From Acidobacteriota bacterium (GTDB taxonomy: Bacteria > Acidobacteriota > Terriglobia > Bryobacterales > Bryobacteraceae), in NCBI GenBank assembly GCA_049325215.1, contig JBMOMB010000045.1, positions 8,158-72,157 of the forward strand: 64,000 nucleotides of DNA, in the 5' to 3' direction. The notes below the pieces were generated by a model. That model saw only the letters and a list, made by a program, of their open reading frames with translations, was not told the origin of the DNA and searched no databases. How positions within the stretch are numbered: position 1 is the stretch's first letter; each line of letters begins with the position of its first letter. Below, piece by piece: positions 1 to 10,345 of the stretch. The position numbers and the translations under genes were made by a program.

Positions 1-257
1 GGGAGAATCAAGAGACCCTCGAATTCTGTTGCCCGGATAGCGGTATTTATAGGGGTTTCGCCGAGGAGGACCGAATATGTTGTTATGAGGTCCTCCCTTT
101 TGGCTATGCCGACGCCCGTGGTACAGTTTCCCTGCGGGTCCATGTCGATGAGAAGGACGCGCAGGTCATTCGCGGCCAGAGAGGCCGCGAGGTTGATGGC
201 GGTCGTGGTCTTGCCCACGCCGCCTTTTTGATTGGCCACGGCGATGACTTTGCCCAT
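1..257 (-). CDS. parA: ParA/Soj chromosome-partitioning ATPase (N-terminal part; gene continues beyond the window edge)
   Basis: The reverse complement of 257..1 reads [46 protein letters not shown]..., with the deviant Walker A KGGVGKT typical of ParA/Soj. It is absent from the ORF track because it is truncated by the window edge. It lies downstream of rsmG/mnmG, as in the classical gid-par cluster. Confidence 0.85.
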   Translation of the reverse strand, partial: MGKVIAVANQKGGVGKTTTAINLAASLAANDLRVLLIDMDPQGNCTTGVGIAKREDLITTYSVLLGETPINTAIRATEFEGLLIL

Positions 258-339
258 GGGGCGTGTCCCTGATGAATAGTGGGTGGGAAACGAATATCGT
301 ATCACGGAAGGTTGCGTGCGGCAGGAAATCGTGATGGGT

Positions 340-355
340 TGTTCCACGTGGAACA
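340..355. promoter_or_regulatory. parS centromere-like site 1 (ParB binding), perfect 16-bp palindrome TGTTCCACGTGGAACA
   Basis: Matches 15/16 positions of the canonical parS TGTTCCACGTGAAACA (recalled from B. subtilis). It sits in the rsmG-parA intergenic region, 83 bp upstream of the parA start. Confidence 0.8.
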
Positions 356-388
356 TGGGCTTGTTTGGCGGGTACCCTCTGCCGCCCA

Positions 389-404
389 TGTTCCACGTGA
401 AACT
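389..404. promoter_or_regulatory. parS centromere-like site 2, TGTTCCACGTGAAACT
   Basis: Matches 15/16 positions of the canonical parS. It lies 49 bp from site 1 (start to start) and overlaps the rsmG stop codon (403..405). Confidence 0.7.
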
Positions 405-1020
405 ACGAGTGACCGGAGGAGTCGATGGGATGCCCAGCCGCCGGCGTCGCCGCATGAATCCAGAGCCTGCCGTTGCCGTCCGGCAGCTCAACATGTTGCC
501 AGCCCTCTCGTTGGCTCGTCCTGGGCAGCTCCGTCCCGACCAGTAGGACCCATCGAGCAGCACGCTCGGCCAATTCGAGCACGTCTTCCGCCCGGACTGC
601 CCGAGACACGGCAACGTCCCAACTGCCGGTCACGTCCCGGCTCCGCTGTGCCAGAACCTGCACGTTTGGGGCGAAGTCACTCACCTCGCGCAAGAAGGCA
701 GCCTTCCGCAAATCCGATTCCAGCAGCGTCACCTCGAGTTCTGGCCGGGCCACGGCAAGGACAAAGCCGGGGAAGCCCGCGCCGCTTCCCACGTCAATGA
801 GACTTCGCGCGTGCCGGGGGAGATGGGTTGCGACGAAGAGTGACTCGGCGTAGTGAAAGCGGACAGCCGCATCCAGCTCGATCACCCGAGTCAGGTTGAT
901 GCGGGAGTTCCAGCGCCTGAGCAGGTCATAGTGAAGCCAAAGCACCTGCATCTGCCCTTCATCCAGGCTGGCAAATGGAGCAGCCCGCCGAAGGCGTTGC
1001 TCGAAATCTACGCGCTTCAT
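403..1020 (-). CDS. rsmG: 16S rRNA (guanine527-N7)-methyltransferase RsmG (GidB)
   Basis: 205-aa ORF with the SAM-binding motif [11 protein letters not shown] and the RsmG-like N-terminus ([12 protein letters not shown]). Its start overlaps the mnmG stop by 4 nt (1017..1020), matching the classical gidA-gidB order. Confidence 0.9.
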   Translation of the reverse strand: MKRVDFEQRLRRAAPFASLDEGQMQVLWLHYDLLRRWNSRINLTRVIELDAAVRFHYAESLFVATHLPRHARSLIDVGSGAGFPGFVLAVARPELEVTLLESDLRKAAFLREVSDFAPNVQVLAQRSRDVTGSWDVAVSRAVRAEDVLELAERAARWVLLVGTELPRTSQREGWQHVELPDGNGRLWIHAATPAAGHPIDSSGHS

Positions 1021-2834
1021 GAACGCCTCGCGCTGAGGCTAAGATAGCAATCCAGGACGGCGATCGCAGCGGGCGTGACTCCAGGAATGCGCCCAGCTTG
1101 TCCCAAGGTTTCCGGCCGCACCAGCTCCAGTTTTTGCCGGATCTCCCGGCTTAAGCCGGGAACGCCAGAGTAGTCGAAATCAGGCGGGATGCGCCGGCCC
1201 TCGGCCTCGCGCAGTCTCTCTACCATGCGTTCCTGCTGGCGGAGGTAGCCGTCATACTTAACCTCCGTCTCCAGCGTCATCAGGGCGGCGGGGGAAGCAG
1301 GTTCACCGAGCTTGCGCTCCAGGTCCCTGCGGATCGATTCGATTCTGGATTCGGGTCTCCGCAGCCAAGCCTCGAGCTTGACATCAATGAGCCTCCTGAG
1401 CCGATCCTTCTGTTCGATCTTTCGCTCCAGCAATGCCCAACGGCGGTCGCACGCCAACCCGACGCGCCGCCCGACCGGCGTAAGGCGTTCGTCCGCATTG
1501 TCGATGCGAAGGTGCAACCGATACTCCGCACGCGAGGTGAACATCCGGTACGGTTCATCCGCACCCTTGGTCACCAGATCATCGATCATGATGCCGATAT
1601 AGCTATCTGTTCGGCTGAGCACAGTCGGCTCCATGCCCTTGACCTTGCAGCCCGCGTTGATGCCAGCCAAAAGGCCCTGTCCCGCCGCCTCTTCGTAGCC
1701 CGACGTGCCGTTGATTTGGCCAGCGAGGAAAAGCCCCTCGATGCTCTTTACCTCGAGCGTGTGCAATAGCTGCCGGGGATCGATGGCATCGTACTCAATG
1801 GCATAGCCGGGCCGGATCATCTCCGCATTCTCGAGTCCCGGAATGGAGGCGATGATCGCCTCCTGGATGTCCACAGGCATGGAAGTGGACATCCCGTTCA
1901 CGTAGACCTCGTAGGTGTCCAGTCCCTCAGGCTCCAGGAAGATCTGGTGCCGCGTCTTGTCGGGGAATTTCACAATCTTGTCTTCGATGGAAGGGCAGTA
2001 GCGGGGGCCAATCCCCTCGATCTGGCCGCTGTAGAGCGGCGAACGGGGAATGGCAGCACGCAGAATCCGATGGGTTTCCTCCGTCGTATAGGCGATGTGA
2101 CAGGCAACCTGTTCCCGCTGAATTCTGCCGGTGAGAAAAGAAAACGGCGTTGGTTCGGGATCACCGTCCTGCCGCTCGAAACGGTGCCAATCGATGGTTC
2201 GGCCATCCAACCTGGGCGGAGTGCCGGTTTTCAGTCGAGCCCACGCCAGACCGAGCGTCCGCAGGTGGTTCCCGAGGAGATTGGCGGGCGGCTCGCCGCT
2301 GCGTCCGCAGGCGTATTTCGACTCACCCACATGAGCCACTCCGTTCAGGAACGTTCCCGTGGTGACCACGACAGCTTCCGCCTGGAAGGCGCGTCCGTCG
2401 GACAACCGAACACCTCGCACGCGGCGCCGGCCCTTGTCAACGACTTCATAATCGAGTTCCGCGACTTCCGCCTGCACGATTCGCAGGTTCTCAACACTCT
2501 CCAGTGTCTGCCGCATCCGCACCCGGTACTGCTTCTTGTCCATCTGGGCGCGCGGGCTCCAGACGGCGGGACCGCGGCTTGTGTTCAGAAGCCGAAACTG
2601 GATGCCAACCGCGTCCGCTACGCTTCCCATAATGCCACCGAGGGCATCCACCTCACGCACCAGATGGCCTTTTGCGATACCTCCAATCGCAGGGTTGCAG
2701 GACATCTGCGCGATGAGATCCAGATTCATGGTGACCATGGCGGTCTTGAGCCCCATCCGGGCGCAGGCATGCGCTGCCTCACAGCCGGCGTGGCCTGCGC
2801 CGATCACAATCACGTCGTAGTGGACCGCTCCCAT
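1017..2834 (-). CDS. mnmG: tRNA uridine 5-carboxymethylaminomethyl modification enzyme MnmG (GidA)
   Basis: 605-aa ORF with the FAD-binding N-terminus [16 protein letters not shown] and, further in, [26 protein letters not shown]. These are full-length GidA hallmarks. Confidence 0.97.
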   Translation of the reverse strand: MGAVHYDVIVIGAGHAGCEAAHACARMGLKTAMVTMNLDLIAQMSCNPAIGGIAKGHLVREVDALGGIMGSVADAVGIQFRLLNTSRGPAVWSPRAQMDKKQYRVRMRQTLESVENLRIVQAEVAELDYEVVDKGRRRVRGVRLSDGRAFQAEAVVVTTGTFLNGVAHVGESKYACGRSGEPPANLLGNHLRTLGLAWARLKTGTPPRLDGRTIDWHRFERQDGDPEPTPFSFLTGRIQREQVACHIAYTTEETHRILRAAIPRSPLYSGQIEGIGPRYCPSIEDKIVKFPDKTRHQIFLEPEGLDTYEVYVNGMSTSMPVDIQEAIIASIPGLENAEMIRPGYAIEYDAIDPRQLLHTLEVKSIEGLFLAGQINGTSGYEEAAGQGLLAGINAGCKVKGMEPTVLSRTDSYIGIMIDDLVTKGADEPYRMFTSRAEYRLHLRIDNADERLTPVGRRVGLACDRRWALLERKIEQKDRLRRLIDVKLEAWLRRPESRIESIRRDLERKLGEPASPAALMTLETEVKYDGYLRQQERMVERLREAEGRRIPPDFDYSGVPGLSREIRQKLELVRPETLGQAGRIPGVTPAAIAVLDCYLSLSARRS

Positions 2835-2892
2835 TGCCTGTAGGGAAGAAGACTCGATATGCTATTGATTCTACCTGTCAGGAGATGCAACC

Positions 2893-4182
2893 GTGAAAGT
2901 CCTCGTCCTCGGAGGTGGCGGGAGGGAACACGCCATCGCATGGCGGCTCCGGCAGTCGCATTCGGTCACTCAGGTATTCGTAGCGCCCGGTAACCCCGGA
3001 TGCGCCTCGGTAGCAGAATGTCTCCCCCTTGGTAATACTACTCCAGTAGGATATGTCGAGGCCGCACGCCGTTGCGGCGCCGATCTGGTGGTTTCAGGAC
3101 CGGAAGCTCCGCTCGTGGACGGGGTCGGCGATTTGTTTGAAGAGGCGGGCATTGCCTTCTTTGGTCCATCACAGGCGGCGGCCCGGCTCGAAGGAAGCAA
3201 GATCTTCGCCAAACAATTCATGCAGCGGGCCGGGGTTCCGACTGCCCGATTCTCGGCCGCCGATTCATTTGATGAGGCACGGGCGGCTTTGGATGAGTTT
3301 AGCTATCCTGTGGTGGCTAAGGCGGATGGCCTGGCGGCGGGTAAAGGTGTGGTGATTTGCCAGGACAGAACGGAAGCGGAGCGGACTCTACAGGCCATGT
3401 TCGCTGGCCAACTGGTGGGCGCCGCAGGGTCGAGGGTGGTTCTTGAGGAGTTTTTGACAGGCGAGGAGGTCAGTTTCATAGGCGTAAGCGACGGGCAGCG
3501 GATCATCTCGCTGGAGCCTTCCCAGGATCACAAGCGCATTTTTGACAACGACGAAGGGCCGAACACCGGCGGGATGGGGGCCTACTCAGACTCCCGAATT
3601 CTGACTCAGGAAGATCGAGCCAGAATTGAACGCACCATCATGCAGCGGACAATCGAACAGATGCGCGAAGAGGGAACTCCTTTCCGCGGCTTCCTGTATG
3701 CCGGGTTGATGATGACCGCGCGAGGCCCCATGGTGCTGGAGTATAACGTCCGCCTGGGGGATCCCGAGACACAGGCGCTGCTGCATCGGATGGATGGCGA
3801 TTTCGGTGCGCTGGTGCGGTCGGCGGCCGAAGGGCGCGTGGATGCAGGCCACCTGCGGTTTCGTCCGGAACCGAGCGTCTGCGTGGTGCTGGCGGCGGCG
3901 GGCTACCCGGGCAAGCCGCGCACGGGCGACGAAATCACGGGCATCGAAGAAGCAGAGCGCCGGGGCTCGGTGGTGTTCCACGCCGGCACGAAGCTGCGAG
4001 GCGGACGTCTGGTAACAGCTGGAGGGCGGGTCCTGGGAGTCACAAGCAGCGGGGCGACGTTGGCTGAAGCGATCCGGCGCACGTATGAGGCGTGCGAGGC
4101 GATCCGCTTTGAGGGAATGCAATACCGGCGCGACATTGGCCGCAAGGGGTTGCGGCGATGGGAGAGCGGAGGAGGAGCGTGA
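2893..4182 (+). CDS. purD: Phosphoribosylamine-glycine ligase PurD
   Basis: 429-aa ORF with a GTG start preceded by AGGAGA. It begins MKVLVLGGGGREHAIAWRL and contains ATP-grasp motifs (VVAKADGLAAGKGV, GPNTGGMGAY). Confidence 0.97.
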   Translation: MKVLVLGGGGREHAIAWRLRQSHSVTQVFVAPGNPGCASVAECLPLGNTTPVGYVEAARRCGADLVVSGPEAPLVDGVGDLFEEAGIAFFGPSQAAARLEGSKIFAKQFMQRAGVPTARFSAADSFDEARAALDEFSYPVVAKADGLAAGKGVVICQDRTEAERTLQAMFAGQLVGAAGSRVVLEEFLTGEEVSFIGVSDGQRIISLEPSQDHKRIFDNDEGPNTGGMGAYSDSRILTQEDRARIERTIMQRTIEQMREEGTPFRGFLYAGLMMTARGPMVLEYNVRLGDPETQALLHRMDGDFGALVRSAAEGRVDAGHLRFRPEPSVCVVLAAAGYPGKPRTGDEITGIEEAERRGSVVFHAGTKLRGGRLVTAGGRVLGVTSSGATLAEAIRRTYEACEAIRFEGMQYRRDIGRKGLRRWESGGGA

Positions 4183-4217
4183 AGAGGGCGGCCCGGGGTT
4201 ACAATACGAAAAGGCGT

Positions 4218-4294
4218 GGGGAAGTAGCTCAGCAGGATAGAGCGTCCGCCTCCTAAGCGGAAGGTCGGCAGTTCGAATCTGCCCTTCCCTACCA
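4218..4294 (+). tRNA. tRNA-Arg (anticodon CCT), CCA encoded
   Basis: Manual cloverleaf: acceptor GGGGAAG/CTTCCCT (G1:U72), D arm GCTC...GAGC, anticodon stem TCCGC/GCGGA with loop CTCCTAA, T arm GGCAG-TTCGAAT-CTGCC, discriminator A, then CCA. Confidence 0.9.
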
Positions 4295-4305
4295 TCCATC
4301 CTCCC

Positions 4306-7300
4306 GTGCCGGAAAAGCCGTTCGTCCACCTTCACTGCCACACCGATTACTCGCTGCTGGACGGCGCGTGCGAGATCTCGCGCCTGATGAAGCTGGTGCA
4401 GCGGCTGCAACAACCGGCGGTGGCGATCACCGACCATGGGAATCTCTTTGGAGCGGCGGAATTCTTCTTCGCCGCCCAGCAACACGGCGTGCACCCGGTG
4501 ATTGGCTGCGAAGTCTACGTGACGCGGCAGGACTGCCGGATCAAGGATGAGACCAACAAAGGTTACAACCACCTCACGCTGTTGGCGGAGACGCAGGAAG
4601 GCTACCGAAACCTGGTGAAGCTGGCCACCACGGCCAGCCTGGAAGGCTTCTATTACAAACCGAGGATCGACAAAACGCTTCTTGCCCAGCACAGCAAAGG
4701 GCTCATTGCGCTATCTGGCTGCCTGAAAGGCGAGATCAGCGAAACGCTGGAAGCAGACCGGTATGAAGAAGCGCGGCGGCTTGCGCATGAGTATGTGGAC
4801 ATCTTCGGCCGGCAGAATTTCTTCCTCGAGATCCAGCATCACAGTCTGGACAAAGACAGGAAAGTAATGCCGCTCACGTGCCGGCTCTCGATGGAGACCG
4901 GCATCCCGCTGGTGGCCACCAATGACGCTCACTACCTGGAGAAGTCCGACCACCGGGCGCAGGATATTCTCACCTGCATCAATTCCGGCGCAAAGGTCAG
5001 CGACGCCAAGCGCATCAGTTTTGAAACCGAGGAGTTTTATCTCAAATCGCGCGACGAGATGCTGGCCATTTTTCGCGAAGTGGAAGATGCGCTGGACCGC
5101 ACATGGGAGATCGCCGAGCGCTGCCGGGTGCGGCTGGAAAAGGTCAAGGACAGCTTCCCGCGCTTCGATGTTCCGCCCGAGCACACCACCGACACGTACT
5201 TCGAGTATGTGACGCGCCAGGGATGGGAGCGGCGCCGTGCGCGCCTGGAGCGGCTGGCAGCCGCCGGGCGCCTGCGCCACCCGATTCCGGAGTACGAAGA
5301 CCGGCTGGAGCGGGAGATCCGGCTGATCCAGCAGATGAAGTTCTCAGGCTACTTCCTGATCGTCTGGGACTTCATCCGGTATGCCAAATCGAAGGGCATT
5401 CCCGTGGGGCCGGGACGCGGGTCGGCGGCCGGGTCGCTGGTGGGCTATTGCCTGGGGATCACCGACATCGATCCGCTGGAGTACGGGCTGCTGTTTGAGC
5501 GCTTCCTGAACCCCGAGCGCGTCAACATGCCCGATATCGACATCGATTTCTGCACGAGCCGGCGCGGCGAAGTGATCCAGTACGTGACTGAGAAATACGG
5601 GCGCGACCACGTGGCGCAGATCATCACGTTCGGCTCGCTGGCGGCGAAGGCGGCCATCAAGGACGTCGGCCGCGTGCTGGATCTGAGCTTCGCCGAGACG
5701 GACCGCATCTCGAAGCTGGTGCCCGCCGACCCGAAGATGACACTGGAGAAGGCGCTGGCCGAAGAGCCGGACCTTGCCCAGATGGCCGAGAAGGACCCGA
5801 AGGTGCGCGATGTAATCGACATTGCGCAGCGCATTGAAGGCATGGCGCGCAACGTGGGTGTGCATGCCGCAGGGGTGGTGATCTCCCCGGTGCCTCTGGT
5901 GGAGCTGGTGCCGCTTCACCGGACGGCGAAGAACGAAATCGTCACGCAGTTCGACATGGAACGCCTGGAGAAGCTCGGGCTTCTCAAGATGGATTTTCTC
6001 GGGCTGACGACGCTGACGATCATCCACGACACACTCGAGCTCATCCGCCGCAACCGGGGCGAAGACCTTCGTGTGGAGGAATTACCCCTGGAGGACAAGG
6101 AAACATTCGAGCGGATCTTCGCGCACGGGCTCACCGACGGCGTGTTTCAGTTCGAATCGCCGGGCATGAAGGATATGCTGCGGCGGGCGAGGCCGGAAAG
6201 AATTGAAGACCTGATCGCGCTCAACGCCCTCTACCGTCCCGGACCGATGCAGTTCATCGACGACTACATCGACCGCAAGCACGGCAAGAAGCCCGTCACG
6301 TACGACATTCCGCAGCTCGAGCCGATCCTGAAAGAAACCTTCGGGCTGCCCATTTACCAGGAACAGGTCATGCAGATCGCGCAGGCTGTGGCCGGCTACA
6401 CGCTGGGCGAGGCCGACATCTTGCGCCGCGCGATGGGCAAGAAGAAAACGGAGGAGATGGACAAGCAGCGCGCGCGCTTCCTGGCCGGGGCGCGCGAGCG
6501 GGGCATCAGCGAGCGGAAGGCGGCGGCGCTGTTCGAGACGCTGGAACCCTTCGCGAAGTACGGCTTCAACAAGTCACACTCGGCGGCGTACAGTTACCTG
6601 GCATACATCACGGGGTATCTCAAGGCGCACTACTCGGTGGAATTCATGGCGGCCCTGTTGACCTCGGAAACAGGCAACACCGACAAGGTGGTCAAATACA
6701 TCAACGAGTGCCGTGAACTGGGCATCGAGGTGCTGCCGCCGGACGTGAATCAGTCGGACTATCACTTCACCCCGGTGGGACGGGACAAGATACGCTTCGG
6801 CCTCGGAGCCGTCAGAAACGTCGGGCAGTCGGCGGTGGAAGCCATCGTGGCCGCACGGCGGGAGGGTGGACCGTTCGTATCGCTGGACGACTTCTGCGAA
6901 CGCGTGGATTTGGGCGCCGTGAACCGGCGCGTGATCGAGAGCCTGATCCGCGCCGGTGCGATGGACTCGCTGCCGGGCACGCGGGCGCAGTTGATGGCGC
7001 TGGTCGAAGAATGCATGGAATCGGGGCAGCGGGCGCAGAAAGACAGGTTGAGCGGGCAAGCCGGGTTGTTCGGCGGCTTCGATACCGCCGCGGTGGGAGT
7101 TGCGCCGGCCCGCGCGCTGCCGAGCGTGGACGACTGGACGCCGCAGGAGAAGCTGCGCGGCGAGAAAGAAACCATTGGCTTCTATGTCAGCGGCCATCCG
7201 CTGGACGAGTTCGCCTGGAAGGTGCGCGAGCTGACCGCGCTCGATAGTGCCGGCCTCAGCGGGCTGGAACGGGGTGCCGAGGTGGCGATCTGCGGCATCG

Positions 7301-7773
7301 TGTGCAATCTCCAGCGCCGGCGGAACAAAGAGATGAAGCCATGGGCCTCGTTCCAGTTGGAGGACCGGCTGGGATCGGTGGACGTGCTTGTCTTTTCGAA
7401 CCGCTACGAAGCGCTGCAAAAAGAGCTCGAGCAGGACCGCGCCGTGCTGGTGCGGGGCAAGGCGATGCCGGAAGAAGACGGCTCTGTGAGGATCAATGCC
7501 CAGGACATCATTCCGCTGGACAAGGCGCGAGTGGACTTTCCGTCGCTTGTGCAGATCCGCGTGCGGCTGAGCGGGGACGCCGAAGAGCGCGCGCGGCGGC
7601 TGAGCGAACTCGTGCGCCGCAAACCCGGCTCCACCAGCGTGAGGCTTAGGCTGGAGAGCCCCCGGGACTTCGTTGTGTTCCTGGATATCGCGGAAAAGGT
7701 AACGCCGGACCGGGAGTTCCGCACGGAGATTGAGAAGCTGTGGGGGCGTGAAGCCTACGAGCCGCTCGGCTGA
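4306..7773 (+). CDS. dnaE: DNA polymerase III alpha subunit DnaE
   Basis: 1155-aa ORF. It has the PHP-domain N-terminus FVHLHCHTDYSLLDGA, the polymerase core (GPGRGSAAGSLVGYCLGITDIDP, FNKSHSAAYS) and a C-terminal OB fold. The start is GTG at 4306. Confidence 0.97.
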   Translation: MPEKPFVHLHCHTDYSLLDGACEISRLMKLVQRLQQPAVAITDHGNLFGAAEFFFAAQQHGVHPVIGCEVYVTRQDCRIKDETNKGYNHLTLLAETQEGYRNLVKLATTASLEGFYYKPRIDKTLLAQHSKGLIALSGCLKGEISETLEADRYEEARRLAHEYVDIFGRQNFFLEIQHHSLDKDRKVMPLTCRLSMETGIPLVATNDAHYLEKSDHRAQDILTCINSGAKVSDAKRISFETEEFYLKSRDEMLAIFREVEDALDRTWEIAERCRVRLEKVKDSFPRFDVPPEHTTDTYFEYVTRQGWERRRARLERLAAAGRLRHPIPEYEDRLEREIRLIQQMKFSGYFLIVWDFIRYAKSKGIPVGPGRGSAAGSLVGYCLGITDIDPLEYGLLFERFLNPERVNMPDIDIDFCTSRRGEVIQYVTEKYGRDHVAQIITFGSLAAKAAIKDVGRVLDLSFAETDRISKLVPADPKMTLEKALAEEPDLAQMAEKDPKVRDVIDIAQRIEGMARNVGVHAAGVVISPVPLVELVPLHRTAKNEIVTQFDMERLEKLGLLKMDFLGLTTLTIIHDTLELIRRNRGEDLRVEELPLEDKETFERIFAHGLTDGVFQFESPGMKDMLRRARPERIEDLIALNALYRPGPMQFIDDYIDRKHGKKPVTYDIPQLEPILKETFGLPIYQEQVMQIAQAVAGYTLGEADILRRAMGKKKTEEMDKQRARFLAGARERGISERKAAALFETLEPFAKYGFNKSHSAAYSYLAYITGYLKAHYSVEFMAALLTSETGNTDKVVKYINECRELGIEVLPPDVNQSDYHFTPVGRDKIRFGLGAVRNVGQSAVEAIVAARREGGPFVSLDDFCERVDLGAVNRRVIESLIRAGAMDSLPGTRAQLMALVEECMESGQRAQKDRLSGQAGLFGGFDTAAVGVAPARALPSVDDWTPQEKLRGEKETIGFYVSGHPLDEFAWKVRELTALDSAGLSGLERGAEVAICGIVCNLQRRRNKEMKPWASFQLEDRLGSVDVLVFSNRYEALQKELEQDRAVLVRGKAMPEEDGSVRINAQDIIPLDKARVDFPSLVQIRVRLSGDAEERARRLSELVRRKPGSTSVRLRLESPRDFVVFLDIAEKVTPDREFRTEIEKLWGREAYEPLG

Positions 7774-7785
7774 CAGGAGCGGCGG

Positions 7786-8622
7786 TCAAGATGCTGGTGC
7801 GTGATGGTTCACCGGTCCGGAACCGTGCCCCAGCCCAGGATTGGTGCGGATGGCCTCGGCGATGAAACGTTTGGCGCGCTCGACGGCGGCGTGAAGCGGC
7901 AGCCCGGACGCGAGGCAGGCGGTGATCGCCGCCGAGTATGTACAGCCGGTGCCGTGCGTGTGGGGTGTATCGATACGGGGCGCCCGGTACCAGCGGATGT
8001 CGGTGCCGTCGAATAGAAGGTCGGCCGCTTCGCCTTCCAGGTGGCCTCCCTTGACGAGCACGGCTGCTCCGCAGCGCCCATGGATGCGTCTCGCCGCCTC
8101 CTCCATGTCTTCCGCAGAACGCACGGCGCATCCAGCCAGAGCTGCCGCTTCATGCAGGTTCGGCGTGACGACCGCGGCGCGGGGCAGCAGCTTTTCCGCC
8201 AGGACGGAGCGCGCATCAGCGGCGATGAGCGGCGCCCCGTGTTTGGAGATCATCACCGGGTCGACAACGAGAGGCGCCCTGAACCGTGCTGACAGGATCG
8301 CGACCATTTCGATGATGCCCGCGGACCCGAGAGCTCCAGTCTTGACTGCGTGCGGGGGGATGTCGTCGAGCACCGCCTCCACCTGAGCGCGAACCAGGCG
8401 GGGTTCGATGAGGACGACTTCTGCCACCCTGAGCGTGTTCTGCACGGTGAGCAGCGTGATGGCCGCCTCGCCATAGACGCCGAACTGATGGAAGGTCTTC
8501 AGATCCGCCTGGATGCCAGCGCCGCCGCTGGGGTCGGAGCCGGCGATGGTCAGCGCAACGGGCTTCACCCTCCCAGTGTCACTCAAACCTGAGCCGCCCG
8601 GTCGAAGTGGAGCCGGAGGCAT
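7786..8622 (-). CDS. thiD: Hydroxymethylpyrimidine/phosphomethylpyrimidine kinase ThiD
   Basis: 278-aa ORF with VALTIAGSDPSGGAGIQADLKTF and GTGCTYSAAI motifs. The start is uncertain. The ATG at 8622 overlaps the upstream gene by 44 nt, and a GTG at 8568 is an alternative. Confidence 0.9.
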   Translation of the reverse strand: MPPAPLRPGGSGLSDTGRVKPVALTIAGSDPSGGAGIQADLKTFHQFGVYGEAAITLLTVQNTLRVAEVVLIEPRLVRAQVEAVLDDIPPHAVKTGALGSAGIIEMVAILSARFRAPLVVDPVMISKHGAPLIAADARSVLAEKLLPRAAVVTPNLHEAAALAGCAVRSAEDMEEAARRIHGRCGAAVLVKGGHLEGEAADLLFDGTDIRWYRAPRIDTPHTHGTGCTYSAAITACLASGLPLHAAVERAKRFIAEAIRTNPGLGHGSGPVNHHAPAS

Positions 8623-10345
8623 TGACGATCTCGACCTCGACGGAATCCAGTTCCGTATGGGTTCCCGATACCGGGAAGTGGGCGCGCAGCCCGAAGACGC
8701 TGCCGGAGACGGTCTTGTAGTAGTCGCCGAAGGCGCCGCGCACGTCCACGTCGATCCGGCCAGGCGCAGCAGGCTGGCCTGATTTCAGGTAGAAAGTAAA
8801 GGACAGCTTCGAAGCGCTCCGGGCGGTGTCGAATCCGGTGAGGATCACCTGGGCATTGGCAGAGCTGACCGCAGCCTTCGCCTGCGTCAGCACGACCGGC
8901 ATCGGAGTGATGCGGATCGAATCTTCCGCAGTCTTCGAGCCGACGGCGATCCGGATCCGGATCGTTCCCGCCGTTGAGCCGGTCTGGAGGACGAGTTCAC
9001 CGGACTCCGCCGCGCCCTCGGCGAAGGACACCGGCTGACTTCGGGCGGACACCGGCAGCAGCATCACAGCGGCATCGTCCGGCAACCCGGAATCCGGCGT
9101 GAACGTGACTGTCAGAGCGCCGGTCACCGCGGTGCGCGCCGTCTCCGACAGCCTGATCCTGAATTTCAATTGCCTGGCTGGACCGGGCGCCTCCAGCCAG
9201 ACGAATGAAGGTGTGGGCGGAGGAAAGTCGTTGACCTGAACTTCCAGAGGGAAGTTGCGCTGCTCCACGGTCAGCATCCCGCTCGCCACCCCGACGCGAT
9301 CCGATTGGAATTGCAGTTCGAAAATCGCCGGATCCACTGTCGGCAACAGCCGGAAACCTTCGCCCGCCAATGACGTCGGCACGGGTGGCGTGATGCGAAT
9401 GCGGCGGGTCAACGTCGAACGCCGTTCGACCGTTCCCAGATTCACCCTTTCGCCGGCTCTGAGCCAGGTCCAGCCCGCGGCGGTCTCCAGTTCGACACTT
9501 GAGGATGCCGTGCTCGACCCCAGCAATGTCACCTTGAGGTCGTTGACGTGCAACGTCCGTGCGTATTCACCTGGAGTTTCAGGGGCGAAACGGACGGAGA
9601 AGTCGGCGAACTCCCCCGGCGCGATCGTGCGCGGCGGAAAGAACTGATCGAACGTCTTGAAAGGCCCAGGGTCGATGGAGAGCCGCGTAATTACGACAGC
9701 AATAGAACCAGTGTTTCGAACCCTGAACCTGGCCGTGGAGGACTCGCCGGGCGCCGCAGGCGGCAATGTAAATGACTCTCCCACTGGAATTTCATTGTTG
9801 CCATCACGAAAAAGCAATCGAAAGCTCGGGACTTCGGCAAGAGGTACCAGCGTGGCGGAACCGTCGTCCGTCACTGCCAGAATTTGGCCCTCCCGACGGA
9901 CAGCGCGAAGCCCGGGACCAATCGCCTCCGCATCTGGCTCGAATCTGTCCTCTATGTACGAGTGTTGTAGTTCTATGCCCGCCGGATCCATAGAGGCCAA
10001 CTGGCCAGCGAGCGGGAAGTAAAGAACCGGCCCGTCCTTGTCTCCCAATCTGAGTTCATAGGCGGGACCCTCAGGAGCGGCAAAACCCCGGCACGCCGCT
10101 TCAACCGGGCACAGGAAGAGATGGCTTTCAGTCTTGTACCACAATAGTCGTCCATTATAACCGGCACTAAGTACACCTTCGGGAAGGATGACCGGCGCCT
10201 CCCAGGCTCCTGGAGCACCGGCGAGCGCCCGCAGAGCCCCGCGGCCATCGGCGAAATAGCCCCGGATGGGCCGGTCCTGGGCAAGGGCCGGAAGCGGAAG
10301 CAACAGGGGAAACAGGGTCAGGAATGCTCGTGTTTTCATGATCAT
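8579..10345 (-). CDS. Secreted multi-beta-sandwich protein, function unknown
   Basis: 588-aa ORF with a clear signal peptide (MIMKTRAFLTLFPLLLPLPALAQ). Several Ig-like or choice-of-anchor-D/HYDIN-like segments follow, for example FRVRNTGSIAVVITRLSIDPGPF...FSVRFAPETPGEY. Its ATGA start overlaps the upstream gene's stop. Confidence 0.7.
   Translation of the reverse strand: MIMKTRAFLTLFPLLLPLPALAQDRPIRGYFADGRGALRALAGAPGAWEAPVILPEGVLSAGYNGRLLWYKTESHLFLCPVEAACRGFAAPEGPAYELRLGDKDGPVLYFPLAGQLASMDPAGIELQHSYIEDRFEPDAEAIGPGLRAVRREGQILAVTDDGSATLVPLAEVPSFRLLFRDGNNEIPVGESFTLPPAAPGESSTARFRVRNTGSIAVVITRLSIDPGPFKTFDQFFPPRTIAPGEFADFSVRFAPETPGEYARTLHVNDLKVTLLGSSTASSSVELETAAGWTWLRAGERVNLGTVERRSTLTRRIRITPPVPTSLAGEGFRLLPTVDPAIFELQFQSDRVGVASGMLTVEQRNFPLEVQVNDFPPPTPSFVWLEAPGPARQLKFRIRLSETARTAVTGALTVTFTPDSGLPDDAAVMLLPVSARSQPVSFAEGAAESGELVLQTGSTAGTIRIRIAVGSKTAEDSIRITPMPVVLTQAKAAVSSANAQVILTGFDTARSASKLSFTFYLKSGQPAAPGRIDVDVRGAFGDYYKTVSGSVFGLRAHFPVSGTHTELDSVEVEIVNASGSTSTGRLRFE

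Noticed and set aside
166-853. Several 76-173-aa ORFs in and around the rsmG-parA spacer (166..396, 279..800, 283..546, 473..853)
   Set aside because: They overlap rsmG or parA in other frames, or cross the parS-containing spacer. No motifs are present. The spacer is better explained as partition-site and promoter DNA.
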